A DNA stretch of 64,000 bases from the NCBI GenBank assembly GCA_964016885.1, contig OZ024741.1, forward strand, positions 273,668,001-273,732,000, written 5' to 3'. The position numbers and the translations under genes were made by a program. Positions within the stretch are counted from its first letter, which is position 1, and each line of letters starts with the position of its first letter. Below, piece after piece: positions 38,385-50,739 of the stretch. The notes under the pieces were generated by a model. That model worked only from the letters and a program-made list of their open reading frames with translations, was not told the DNA's origin and made no database searches. The stretch comes from Eledone cirrhosa (lineage: Eukaryota).

Positions 38385-38447
<63 letters not shown>

Positions 38448-38458
38448 GGGGGGGGGGT

Positions 38459-38610
38459 GTATCCCGGGTTCAAACGGGGGTAACCACAGTAAGTAAAGTA
38501 CACATACATAGCAGAGTATAAATGTTTAATATAGAAATGACATCTGCAAGACTAGAATTGTTTCATTCGAATGAAACAATTCTAGTCCTGCAGAAGCCAT
38601 TCCTATATAA
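38459..38610. mobile_element. Palindromic footprint, family P4
   Basis: Axis at 38568/38569 (tttcattc|gaatgaaa), i.e. inside HHR stem II; the long arm is on the minus strand; homologous to 41898-42020. Confidence 0.8.
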
Positions 38611-38636
38611 AAAAATATATATATATATATATATAT

Positions 38637-38824
38637 GAACGAGTAGGACCCCGACGGCTGAGCTCAAGCCGTTTCGACGTCTAATATAGTCCAGAATTAG
38701 CCGTCGAAACGGCTTGAGCTCAGCCGTCGGGGTCCTACTCGTTCCTAACACCCACTCTACTACCCTAAGTATTGAGTACTTTGGTGCGTTATGGTCCACC
38801 TGGTTCCTTACCACATTTCCTTCG

Positions 38825-38826
<2 letters not shown>
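38637..38826. mobile_element. Palindromic footprint, family P5
   Basis: 49-bp arms 38637-38685 / 38696-38744, tail 38745-38826 ending in cttcgtta(TA)n. Confidence 0.85.
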
Positions 38827-38870
<44 letters not shown>

Positions 38871-38881
38871 CTGTGTATATA

Positions 38882-38995
<114 letters not shown>

Positions 38996-39151
38996 ACAAT
39001 GGAGTACATTCTAACCTACTTGGTTCCGCTTCATTGTTATACCAATACACTAGAGTACACAGACCAACATGTGTACTTTGACGAGTGCTCTGTACTATGT
39101 ACACTAGTATCCGTTGATTAACTAACACAATATACATACACACACATACAA

Positions 39152-39222
<71 letters not shown>

Positions 39223-39229
<7 letters not shown>

Positions 39230-39285
39230 ACCCTGTGATAAACTCCAGAGTAACAAGACTCACTACTTAGCCTTAATAAAATGCA
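39223..39285 (+). mobile_element. Family P7 footprint with a deletion inside the HHR
   Basis: TGATGA-CCCTGTGATAAA-CTCCAGAG-TA-ACAAGACTCACT; the 3' strand of stem II is lost between AAAC microhomologies. Confidence 0.65.
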
Positions 39286-39355
<70 letters not shown>

Positions 39356-39526
39356 TATATACATATATATAGATATATATACATATACACATATATATAT
39401 ATATATGCACATATGTGTGTGTATGTACGTGTGTGTGTATGTGTGTGTGTGTCTGAAGAAGTCACGAGAGAATTTTTATAGTATAATGCTTGATTTGTTT
39501 AAATATTGACAATTTGCTTTCATATT

Positions 39527-40080
39527 TTTTGTGTGTTATTGTGTGTGATATTGTGTGTGGTATTGTGTGTGATATTGTGTGTGATATTGTATGTGGTATT
39601 GTGTGTCATATTGTGTGTTATTGTGTGTGATATTGTGTGTGGTATTTTGTGTGATATTGTGTGTGATATTGTATATGGTATTGTGTGTGATATCGTGTGT
39701 GGTATTGTGTTTGATATCGTGTGGTATCGTGTGTGATATTGTGTGTGATGTTGTGTGTCATATCGTGTGGTATTGTGTATGATACTGTGTGATATTGTGT
39801 GAGATATTGTATTTGATATCGTATGGTATCGTATGTGATATTGTGTGTGATATTGTGTGTGATATCGTATGTGGAATTGTGAGGTATTGTGTGTGATATT
39901 GTGTGTGGCATTGTGTGTGATATTGTGTGTGATATTGTGTGTGGTATTGTGTGTGATATTGCGTGTGATATTGTGTGTGGTATTGTGTGTGATATTGTGT
40001 GTGGTATTGTGTGTGATATTGTGTGTGATATTGTGTGTGGTATTGTGTGTGTGATATCGTGTGTGGTATTGTGTGTGTGA
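39527..40080. repeat. 12-bp minisatellite (G(A/G)TATTGTGTGT)n
   Basis: Direct reading. Confidence 0.95.
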
Positions 40081-40618
40081 TGATGATGTGTGAGGTGTGT
40101 GAAGCGGTGTGTACATAATGGAATAATGGAATAATGGAATCAGTTTGAAGAGATATTGTCAATTTTATTTCGGTTCAGGGATAACAATTGGTTGACGAAG
40201 CTACGAAGCTACCTAAATATGAAACACTTCAAATACAAAAGTTCTCAAACAACCAGGTGAACCGTAGAAATCCCTCGGTACACTTATATGGAACTGTTTC
40301 ACACGTTAACTCTTTTGTTGGTTTAAGTCATTAGACCGGGACCAAGCTGGGGCACAGCCTCGGAGCTGTTTATGCCATCATGTCAACCCACCCCGGATGT
40401 TTTTTTTCTTCTTTTTTTTTTCTCTCAAGTCTGGTACCTACTTTATCGATCTACCTTGCATGATGGGAAAACAGTCATAGACACAAACGTAAACACACAC
40501 ACACACATATATATATATACATATATGTATACACACACAAACACAAATCTATATATACATATATATATATATATGCACACACACACATTTACGTACACAC
40601 ACACACATACATATATAT

Positions 40619-40819
40619 ATAACGAAGGAGTTGTGGTGAGGAACCAGATGGACCATAACGCACCAGAGTACTCAATACTTAGGGTAGTAGAGTGGGTAAT
40701 AGGAGAAAGTATGAACCGGCGGCAGAGCTCAAGCCGTTTCGGCGGCTATTTCTGGACTTTTTTAGTCCAGAAATAGCCGTCGAAACGGCTTGAGCTCTGC
40801 CGTCGGGGTCATACTTTCT

Positions 40820-40824
<5 letters not shown>
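40619..40824. mobile_element. Palindromic footprint, family P5
   Basis: Arms about 40699-40758 / 40764-40824 with a T5 spacer, tail 40619-40698, (TA)n flanks. Confidence 0.85.
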
Positions 40825-40884
<60 letters not shown>

Positions 40885-40899
40885 CTGATATAGATTCCA

Positions 40900-41580
40900 G
40901 ATACAGCGGCCATTTGTAGCTTATGAATTAAGAAGCTGCGTTCTTTCTCCACAAATCCAAGTTCAGTATATACCCTGTATCTCCAATAATGACGGGTATG
41001 AAACTGAATGTGTATCTTGAATACTGGATCTGCAATCGCCTCATCAGTGGTCCATAGATATCCTTCTTCTTTTTGTTTTCTTAGTACATTGACATCAAGT
41101 GAGCAGCTAACTTCTACAACAGGACACGTTTTTTAAGTGTGATCCTAAACAACATCAGGCCAGTTGTGCTTTAATTTGTTGGCAGATTTTATGTTTAGGT
41201 TCCATCAATATTCCTTTGAGCCATTATTCCTCTCTATTTAATTTTAATTTCGTCTTCGTATTGCATTCCAGATTATTGTAGCTCCCATTGACATCAAGCT
41301 GGCAGCTAACTTCTGCAACAGTGCATGTTTTTAATGCATTGTCCCACACAACAATATTAAGCAGGTTGTGTTTGTAAATTTGGTACCAGTTTGTACTTTT
41401 CCTGTTCAAACATTTCTTTGAGCCATAAGTCTCAAAATATTTCTTTTGTTTGTTGTTATTTTCGTATTCTGTAGTGTATTATAGATTGTTTGAACATTGT
41501 GTAGAGGTATCCAATGTGTAAAAGAGAGGTTTGTGTGAATGGCTATCTTAACAAAGTTGCTATTTACATTATCATAAACC
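40900..41580 (-). mobile_element. Decayed R4/Dong-like LINE RLE-region fragments
   Basis: Minus strand reads KHNLLNIVVWDNALKTCTVAEVSCQLDVN, with a second KHNWPDV...VVEVSCSLDVN copy; homologous to 420-720 and 2360-2420. Confidence 0.75.
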
Positions 41581-41640
41581 TCTACCTCGGGAGGTGATCA
41601 CAGTTAAAAAAAAGGTACTCAATTCGTTAGTAGAGTATAT

Positions 41641-41724
41641 AATTGTTTCTACGTTAGGCACAAGGCCAGCAATTACCCAGTGCATTACTGGTACTTTATT
41701 TTATCGACCCCGTAAGGATGAAAG
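41641..41724 (-). mobile_element. 5'-truncated Nin/Deu SINE
   Basis: aattgtttctacgttaggcacaaggcc...ttatcgaccccgtaaggatgaaag. Confidence 0.85.
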
Positions 41725-41876
41725 TATATAATACACTCTAATGGGATTCTCTAAATATAGTTTTTAAAGAGTCCCCTTCCTTTAAATTCATCAACCAATG
41801 ACCTCCACCCATCCCAATTACCACCCTCTCCTACCACCAGAAAATGTATAAATACCACCATATTACTTTTACAGTC

Positions 41877-41927
41877 GGCTTCCTGATGATTTCTCACGAA
41901 TGAAACAGTTCTAGTCCTGTAGAAGCC
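41877..41927 (+). ncRNA. Type I hammerhead ribozyme, family P4 (U.U at the base of stem II)
   Basis: GGCTTC-CTGATGA-TTTC-tcac-GAAT-GAAA-CAG-ttctagtc-CTG-TA-GAAGCC; CCAAT (about 41795) and TATAAA (41847) lie upstream; the element ends at about 42028 in (TA)n. Confidence 0.8.
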
Positions 41928-42050
41928 ATTTCTATCTATATTATGTATTAAATATTTAGATTCTACTATGTATTGAGTACCTTACTTATTATGGTTACTC
42001 CCGATTGAACCCAGGATAAACTTAACTTATATATATATATATATATATAT

Positions 42051-43587
42051 ATTTAAAAGTTAAACAAGGTTCAATGAATACATCAAAGAATGAGTTTTAC
42101 AATAGATTGGAAGCTATTACTCTTCCATTACGCCTAACCTACTAAATAAGGCTTTATCATACGCTTACAAACATACAGATCTAACTACGGATGTAATTGA
42201 TATCATATTAACTGCTAGAAGAACTCTAATTAACTTCAACAATGAGTATTGGACTCGCTCAGATAGAAATAGAAACTTCGACATTACCATGGGATCATCC
42301 GACTCAGCGCAAATCACGGATCTTCTGGGGATTTTCATCTTAAATATGATAAATAGAAAACTGCCGGACATCACCGGTGGTTTATATAGGGACGATATTT
42401 TATTTACGGTTGTCAAACACAACAATATAGAACTAAATAGGGTAAAGAAAAATATAATTGAATTTTTAAAAATTACGACCTTAAACTATAGGTAGAAAGT
42501 GGTCTTAAACTATAGGTAGAAAGTGGTACCAAAATAGTTAATTTCCTTGATGTTACCCTTAACTTAAACTCTGGTTTTTATTACCCTTTCCGTAAGCCCA
42601 ATGAAAACTTAAATTACGTTAGTTATTACTCTAATCACCCTAAATCTGTGAAAAAAGCAATTGTAAATAGTGTACAAAAACGCATAAATAGAATATCTGC
42701 CAATAAATCAATATTTGATGAAAAAGCAGGATATTACAATGATGCGCTAAAAAGGTCAGGTTATAAAAATAATATAGAATATATAGACAATAATAATCCG
42801 AGTCTTAATCCTCAGAAAAATAATGGCATAGATAAACGAAATTCTAAAAATTCTAATAATTATAATTCAAAAGAACCAGAGCTAAATCAGTTATATGGTT
42901 TGCCCCCCCCCCCCCTCTGCTTCTGTAGCAGTAAGAACACCAATAGCTAATCATTTTTTTTAAGCTTTAGATAGTTCATTCCCTAGTCAACATAAATACC
43001 ACTCCATATTTAATAGACATACAATTAAACTGTCTTATTCTACAACTATGAATATGGCCCAAAACATCGGTAAAATAAACAGTATAATTCTAAACCAAAA
43101 TCAACATAATGCTATTAATAATAGTGTTAATTTAAATAATAATAAATCGAAATGTAATTGTAGAAATAAACTAGATTGCTCTCTGCAAAATAATTGTCTG
43201 GATAGAAATCTGGTGTATAAATGCACCATAAAAACAAATAACAACACATACAACTACATAGGAGCAACTTCTTCGACATTTAAATCGAGATTTGCGAATC
43301 ACAAATGCTCATTTTCGAATTCTAATAGGAAGTCTTCGACTTCTTTATCACAACTTATATGGTCATTAAAAGACAGAAATTTAAAATACTCGATCTTTTG
43401 GACGAAGCTTTGTAATAGTAAAATATATACGAACTCATCTATATCAATTAACTGCAACCTCTACACAAAGGAGACCCTATTAATAATTAATAATTATGAA
43501 AACTTAATTAACAAAAAAAGTGAATTATTCTCAAACTGCCTTCATAAAGCTTTGTCTACATCGCAAAAAGTCAGGAAAAAACAGTAA
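42051..43587 (+). pseudogene. PLE RT + GIY-YIG ORF (frameshifted; 24-bp tandem duplication at 42480-42527)
   Basis: ORF pieces 42289-42495, 42648-42950 and 43048-43587 join into one colinear PLE protein. Confidence 0.9.
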
Positions 43588-44946
43588 ACAATCAGGCCTT
43601 AATTTTTGACGTCTCTTATCAACTGTTGGGCCTAAAAAGTCATAACGGTTTATAAAACTTTAATAATGCTTTATCTTCTAATCATTTATGATAGAATTAA
43701 TGTTAGAATGAAGGATACTCTTTTGATAACTTGTTTACTTGATAAATATGATTTTTTGTGGATATTTATAATTTTGACTCAGATCTTTATTTATCTGTAT
43801 CTGTTTTAATTATATAGTTTGGATATTTAACTTGTAAATTTACTGATTATAATTGAACTGTGGATCACTCATGCGTTTGCATATTTTACATATTTTACTA
43901 ATTTTGAGTAGGTTTTTGGGGACTCAGAAAGTTAGATTTGCATTTATTTTTTATATATATATCAAGGTATAAATATAACAAACCAGAATAGCCGACATAA
44001 TCTCTCCACTGAACTGGATGTAAAACTACAATTATAGCATTACTAATAATGATTATAATTATTATTTTTTATTAAATGTATACCGTTTCATTAATGCCTA
44101 TAATAATATCTCTATATAGTTGTACAAATATCTTTATCTAGTGTAATAACATAATCGTAGTTACATTTATAAATAATTTAGACACTCAAATGTCTCTATA
44201 TTGTTATAAGTGTTTGATTTTACCTGGAAGTTCGAACTTATATAATGATTTTTACTTAATATAATATAATTTAATTTAACTTATTTTATTTTATTTTATT
44301 TTATTTTAATTAAATTTAGATTACCTTCGGCTTTTTCAAATATTTAGCTCCTCTTTATATCCCATTCGCTAAAATATTTTAGATGTATCTTTTGTACACT
44401 ATATTAAAACCCTATTACATTTATAACATATTTTTAATATTGGGCATCTATAAGTTTCGCAAACAATTCATTTTCTTTTATTTGTATATTTATTTTTTAT
44501 CTAGCCCCTATCATTAGGACTCATATAGTTTTGACTTATATGTTTATAGTATATATCAACTAAATGAAAATAATTGATATAAAACATTAATTCTTTAGCA
44601 ATATTTTTTAACAATATTTTTTAACTATATATATTTTTTTAATAATATTTTCAGTAACTTATTTACTATATTGTATTATTGTATTATTGTATTATTGTAT
44701 TATATTATGTATATTTGAAAGGTATCACCTCAATTATAAACAAATAATAAACTATAATCCTTGTATTTTTTTATCAACACACATATATATAATTAAAAAT
44801 TTGAACTTCTTTAAGTTTAATTATAAGGCCGGTTGATCCTTTAGGCACTCAAACTATTTAACAATAAATTCTTTAATAATTATAACTATAAGTATTTTAT
44901 AGATTATATTATATAAACTGTTGTCATTATTATAAATAATTTTGGT

Positions 44947-45131
44947 GGATGGTGGATTGGCAGTATCGGTAGAGAGTCGGACGCTATGCTTTCCAGCATA
45001 GTTACGTCCCTTTACGGTCTGAGTTCAAATCCCGCCGAGGTTCACTTTGCCTTTCATCCTTACGGGGTCGATAAAATATAGTACCAGTAATGCACTGGGT
45101 AATTGATGGCCTTGTGCCAAAAGTAGAAACA
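44947..45131 (+). mobile_element. Nin/Deu SINE inserted in the PLE 3' UTR, 21-bp TSD
   Basis: ATTATTATAAATAATTTTGGT at 44926-44946 and 45132-45152. Confidence 0.9.
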
Positions 45132-45740
45132 ATTATTATAAATAATTTTGGTAAAGATTACCTTCGTGAGGGTATAAAAGCATTATTTTCTTTCTCGAGT
45201 TTCGTAAATCCTTTAAATTTGTTTTCATAAAATTTGAATTTTAGAAATTAAAAATAATTATAATATTAATACAAATACCTATTAACTTTTAAAACCTAAA
45301 ATTTAATACCTAAAATATTATTCATTACTCTGAAATAACTTAAATTAAATATTTTGAAAATTAACGGCCAACTATATTAAATGGATATGTATATAAATTT
45401 GAACATAAATTACGCGCCTTTAATCATCTCTTCCTCCCCCTCTTTAATCATCTTTCATCTGTTTTTTCAAGCCACCTACTAAATATATTATCACATCAGC
45501 TGTTTCTTACTCTATGCTTTCCTTTCCCTCCTCTTTCTCCAGTAGTTTTTTTATTATTTTATAACTGTTATATTGATGCCATGTATTTTTTAAGCTGTAT
45601 TTCATGCACCCTCTCTATTGTTTGTATTATGTTATCTCATGTTCTCAATATTAGGGTATACATATTGAGTTTTGTCATAAGTTAATCACTACCATGACTG
45701 AATCTTAACCATCTACTATGTCAGGGTATGTCATGCATCA

Positions 45741-45812
45741 TCTTATTTTATCTGATGAGGACGTACATTTGAACTTAACTCAGTACCTCTGAAATATGTA
45801 TAATAAAATAGA
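45741..45812 (+). ncRNA. Minimal type I hammerhead ribozyme
   Basis: TCTTATTTTAT-CTGATGA(45752)-GGAcGTAC...GTACcTCT-GAAA(45791)-TATGTA-TA-ATAAAATAGA. Confidence 0.85.
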
Positions 45813-45850
45813 ATTGATCACAAGAATATCTATTTTGTTAATATTTTGAA

Positions 45851-45911
<61 letters not shown>

Positions 45912-45915
<4 letters not shown>

Positions 45916-46061
45916 CGAAGGAATTGTGGTAAGGAACCAGATGGACGATAACGCACCAGAGTACTCAATACTTAGAGTAGTAGAGTGGGTAATAGGAAAA
46001 AGTATGACCCGACGGCAGAGCTCAAGCCGTTTCGACGGCTATTTCTGGTCATACTTTTTCC

Positions 46062-46064
<3 letters not shown>
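45912..46064 (-). mobile_element. Family P5 footprint with a short inverted arm
   Basis: Long arm 45912-46048; gtcatactttttcctatta (46048-46066) is the inverse of 45990-46008. Confidence 0.85.
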
Positions 46065-46122
<58 letters not shown>

Positions 46123-46124
46123 TA

Positions 46125-46335
46125 AGTCTTAATAGTTAGGATGCTTGCCGTACGATCATAATGTCATCGGTTCAATTCCTGGCCAGGGTGGTGTGTTGTG
46201 TTCTTGAGCAAAACACTTTATTTCACATTGCTCCACTCAGCTGAAAGTACCACCAGTAGATGGAAAGTTAATCCTGCGATAGATCGGCGTCCTATCCAGG
46301 GAGAGTCTTGTACTCTCAGTCGCTTAAAACCGGGG
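46125..46335 (+). mobile_element. CORE-type SINE
   Basis: ggttcaattcc B-box; tgtgttcttgagcaaaacactttatttcac. Confidence 0.8.
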
Positions 46336-46368
46336 ATAAGCACTGACCCGATTAACCTTCGACCTAGA

Positions 46369-46420
<52 letters not shown>

Positions 46421-46422
46421 AC

Positions 46423-46468
<46 letters not shown>

Positions 46469-47023
46469 CAAATGCTTTTATTAGGATATACTTTGCACTT
46501 ACGTACACACTGTGTACACAATATAATAACCGCACACTCAGAACATGTACACATATAATCTAAACACGCAATCTAACAATACACATACACACACATCTAT
46601 ACAAACACAGAGAGTGTAACAGTCTCCACATCACACTATCTCACTAGAAACACACACATACACACATAAAAATATACACACATACGCATACACATACACA
46701 CATACAATGTTTACACATTCCAAACGCTACCACCAGCAATTATACCATCACCACCACCACCACCACCACCACCACCACCGCCACCGCCACCGACAACCCT
46801 GTTTAGACTGACAACAAAAATATGGGACGTCATAGACATAATAAGACCTTTGGTTACAGGAACCTTCCAGAAGGGAGGGACCTGACTTCCCCCACTCTCA
46901 CCACCCCACCCCCACCTCAACACCATCCTCACCCTCATAGCTTTCCTTATCTACAGTCAATACGTTTTTATATTGTATTTACATTTCTTCTCTAAATATA
47001 TATTGAATGTTGTTGCAATGGTT

Positions 47024-47110
<87 letters not shown>

Positions 47111-47204
47111 CATATAAATATATACATATATATATATATACATATAAATATATACATATATATATACATATGTGTGTGTGCGTGTGTATATGCATGTACA
47201 TGTA

Positions 47205-47253
<49 letters not shown>

Positions 47254-48210
47254 TTTATTTTGTCAATGCGTGAGAGCTGTGTAGTGTATGTTTATATTAT
47301 ATGCGGATATATATATGTATATACACACACACACACTCACATATATATATATATATACACATACATACATATATAGGTGTGTGTTTGAATATGTGTGAGT
47401 GAGTGTGTATGTGTGTATGTGTATGTGTGTGTGCGTATATGTGCGTGAGTGTGTGCGCGCGTTTGACTTGTTTTGCAACTTTCCGTTTCGTTTCGTAATT
47501 AAAATACTTGACTTTTTGTTTCCTTTCTCTATTTTCCTTGTTATTTCATTAATTTTATTGTTTTTATCCTTATCGATTTTTTTCCTGTCTAGAATACCCT
47601 CCACCCCCTCGCCCCTCCCTGTCAGTGCCTCATTGATAAATTACTTTTCAGTTTGACAGTTGTTTTCGGGGGTGCAGTGCGTGTGTGTATCTCTAGGGAG
47701 AACAGTGTTACTATTTACTAAGAATTTCCTAACATTCGCCGCCGTACTGAAGAGGGAGAGAGAGAGATAGATAGATAGATAGAGAGAGAGAGAGTGTGTG
47801 TGTGTGTGTGTGAGAGAGAGAGTGTGTGTGTGTGAGAGAGAGAGTGTGTGTGTGCGAGAGTGAGAGAGAGCGAGAGCGAGAGAAACAAGAAAAAAAACCA
47901 ACAGTTTCTCACTCTGAGTCATCATATACACCCTGTTTAACCTTTGCTTTCAGCTGGGATTGAACCCGCCACCTTCCACTATCACAGATGTACTTTATCA
48001 CTTACGCTTGGTTGGTGATAATGAGTTGGTGACACTTTCGCAGCAAAAATTTGTCTCGCCGTTCTCTTCTTTCACCGACCTCCGCCATTACAATCTCGTC
48101 ATGATGAGCCAGAGTATGTCTTAATTGTTGTCAAGCCGTTAAATACTTTGAGAGATTACTTTTCCCTGGATAGGACGGCTGTCTCTCTCTCACAGTAGAT
48201 TTCCTGCAGT

Positions 48211-48259
<49 letters not shown>

Positions 48260-48286
48260 CCAGCACCAACGACTGTAGCAACAACA

Positions 48287-48830
48287 CTTCTTTTTCTTCT
48301 TCTTCTTCATCTGCTTCTTCTTCTTCTTCTTCTTCTTCTTCTTCTTCTTCTTCTTCTTCTTCTTCTTCTTCTTCTTCTCCTCCTCCTCCTTCTTCTTCTT
48401 CTTCTTCTTCTTCTTCTTCTTCTTCTTCTTCTTCTTCTTCTTCTTCTCCTCCACCTCCTCCTCCTTCTTCTTCTTCATCTCCTCCTCCTCCTCCTCCTTC
48501 TTCTTCTTCTTCTTCTTCTTCTTCTTCTTCTTCTTCTTCTTCTTCTTCTTCTTCTTCTTCTTCTTCTTCTTCTTCTTCTTCTTCTTCTTCTTCTTCTTCT
48601 TCTTCTCCCCATTATCCCTGACGGGGCCATGAGGAGCAGAGTCCTCAAACACTCCTTCCATCAGGTCCTGTCAGCAGCGACCCTCTCCAACTGATCTGGC
48701 TGGATCACCATGCGAGACAAACGAAGCCCATGGATGTTATCCAACCATCTTGTTCGGGGTGTACCCCTGGGTCTCCTGCCGGTTAGTTTTACCCGTAAAA
48801 TCTATCCAGTGATTCTTTCCTTAGACTTCA
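48287..48830 (-). mobile_element. RTE LINE 3' end with (AAG)n tail
   Basis: Minus strand reads TGRRPRGTPRTRWLDNI, then a short 3' end and (GAA)n (48287-48606). Confidence 0.75.
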
Positions 48831-48839
48831 AACTAAGAA

Positions 48840-48870
<31 letters not shown>

Positions 48871-49095
48871 AAAACAACAACAACAACAACAACAACCAGC
48901 CCTCGGTGGTTATACAATGTACCGACTGTTACTTTCAGCAGACGAGAACTCAGTCCCACCCCACACCACTACCCATTCGACACTCGTTCCACCTTGGTAT
49001 CTGCTTACCGCAACAAACGTGTCTAGAATATTAAATGTAAAGTGTATTTACCAAAGGATACGGCGTTCTGCTGGTGAAAGAGTAAAAAAATAAGA

Positions 49096-49187
<92 letters not shown>

Positions 49188-49225
49188 GAGTGTGCGTGTG
49201 TATATATATATATATATATGCATGC

Positions 49226-49269
<44 letters not shown>

Positions 49270-49310
49270 GAGTGTGCATGGGTGTATATATATATATGCA
49301 TATATATATA

Positions 49311-49343
<33 letters not shown>

Positions 49344-49456
49344 GTGTATATATATATATATATATATACATATGTGTGTGTCTGAGTGTGTATATATGTA
49401 TATATATATATATATACATATATACATATATATGCATATATATATATATATGTGTG

Positions 49457-49488
<32 letters not shown>

Positions 49489-49518
49489 AATATATGCATA
49501 TATATATATATATGTGTA

Positions 49519-49625
<107 letters not shown>

Positions 49626-50026
49626 TAGATATACCCACCTCTTATCGTTTCGGTAAACACCCCGGCACTCTTTAAACAGTAATATTGTCAATGGAGAGAA
49701 CTCTATAGTTATACAGTACACATGAAACTCTGTTGAGATCAGACTTAGTTGGAAATCTAACAACAGCTGTGAAAACAAGTTCAAATTCATGTTAAATGCT
49801 GAGATTTCACTCCAATAAATTCTGCTTTTCCATATTCCCTGTTTCTCTTTTTTTATTGACAAAGCAAAAAAAAAAAAAAAAAAAAGGGTTTTCACTAATT
49901 TATTTATTTATTTATTCCTTTATTATTTTTTTATTTGTTTTTATCAAAGCTATTTTGAAGGGATTTATTTATTCGGATATTTCAATTTGTTCGTTTAATT
50001 AGACTTTTCTCCATTCTTTTTTCTAA

Positions 50027-50165
50027 GGCAGCGAATTGACAGTTGTGAAAATGTCAGATTGAATGCCTGTGTAAGGGATTTGTTCTGTCTACTTGTGCTG
50101 TGAGTTCAAACTCCACCGAGTTTTAGGGCCGACTAATGAAAGTACTTCACGTCCCGTTTACCCCT
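50027..50165 (+). mobile_element. Degenerate Nin/Deu-type SINE
   Basis: ggcagcgaattgacag...tgagttcaaactccaccgag. Confidence 0.5.
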
Positions 50166-50200
50166 CAAATCTTCATATATATATATATTATATATATATA

Positions 50201-50380
50201 TATATTTAATATAGAAATAGCTTCTACTGTTTCATTCGGAGGAAATCATCAGAAAAGGCTTTCCTGATGAAACAGTTCTAGACCTATAGAAGCTATTTCT
50301 ATATTAAATATTTATACTCTGCTATGTATTGAGTACCTTATTTACTGTGGTTACTCGCGATTGAACCCGGGATAAACATA
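50201..50380. mobile_element. Inverted footprint, family P4, with two internally deleted HHRs
   Basis: The minus arm (CTGATGA-TTTCctccGAAT-GAAA-CAG-TA-GAAGCT) has lost most of stem III; the plus arm (CTGAT-GAAA-CAGTTCTAG) has lost stem II. Confidence 0.75.
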
Positions 50381-50395
50381 TATATATATGAAAAT

Positions 50396-50705
50396 GTTCA
50401 AGACCCCGACGACAGAGCTCAAGCCGTTTCGACGGCTATTTCTGGACTCTCGGTGGAACTGGGATGTTCTTGGTGGAGAAGTTGATAGTGTGTTTTCGCA
50501 TGGTGGGTATAATGAAACTTGAGATGGGTGGAAAAGTCGGGATATGGCGTAGTAGGGTCGGAAAGTGCTCTACTATGGAGGTAGGAGCTAGATAACGAAG
50601 GGAGTGTGGTAAGGAACCAGATGGACCATAACGCACCAGAGTACTCAATACTTAGGGTAGTAGAGTGGGTTATGGTCCATCTGTTTCCTTACCACACTTC
50701 CTACG

Positions 50706-50709
<4 letters not shown>
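50396..50709 (-). mobile_element. Family P5 complex copy including the start of a Naiad-like ORF
   Basis: On the minus strand the P5 tail runs on into CCACC-ATG(50501) RKHTINFSTKNIPVPP, then jumps to agtccagaaatagccgtcgaaac; a short inverted arm lies at 50669-50709. Confidence 0.75.

Positions 50710-50738
<29 letters not shown>

Positions 50739-50739
<1 letters not shown>

Larger units (their letters stand above)
42051..45854 (+). mobile_element. 5'-truncated Naiad-like Penelope element with about 2.2-kb AT-rich 3' UTR and terminal HHR
   Basis: FDITMGSSDSAQITDLLG...GLYRDD (RT), VNFLDVTLNL...SNHP (thumb), CNCR...LVYKC...YIGATSSTFKSRFANH (GIY-YIG); (TA)n at both ends. Confidence 0.9.

Noticed and set aside
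38696-38744. Calling P5 a complete hammerhead
   Set aside because: No copy in the window retains a CTGANGA half, and the UH position is ambiguous (CGGCTT versus CGGCCG), so it is reported only as a PLE footprint.
42051-45854. Selenoprotein/SECIS-type Naiad
   Set aside because: Cys positions in both GIY-YIG regions are TGY codons and no convincing SECIS was seen by eye; a SECISearch run would be decisive.
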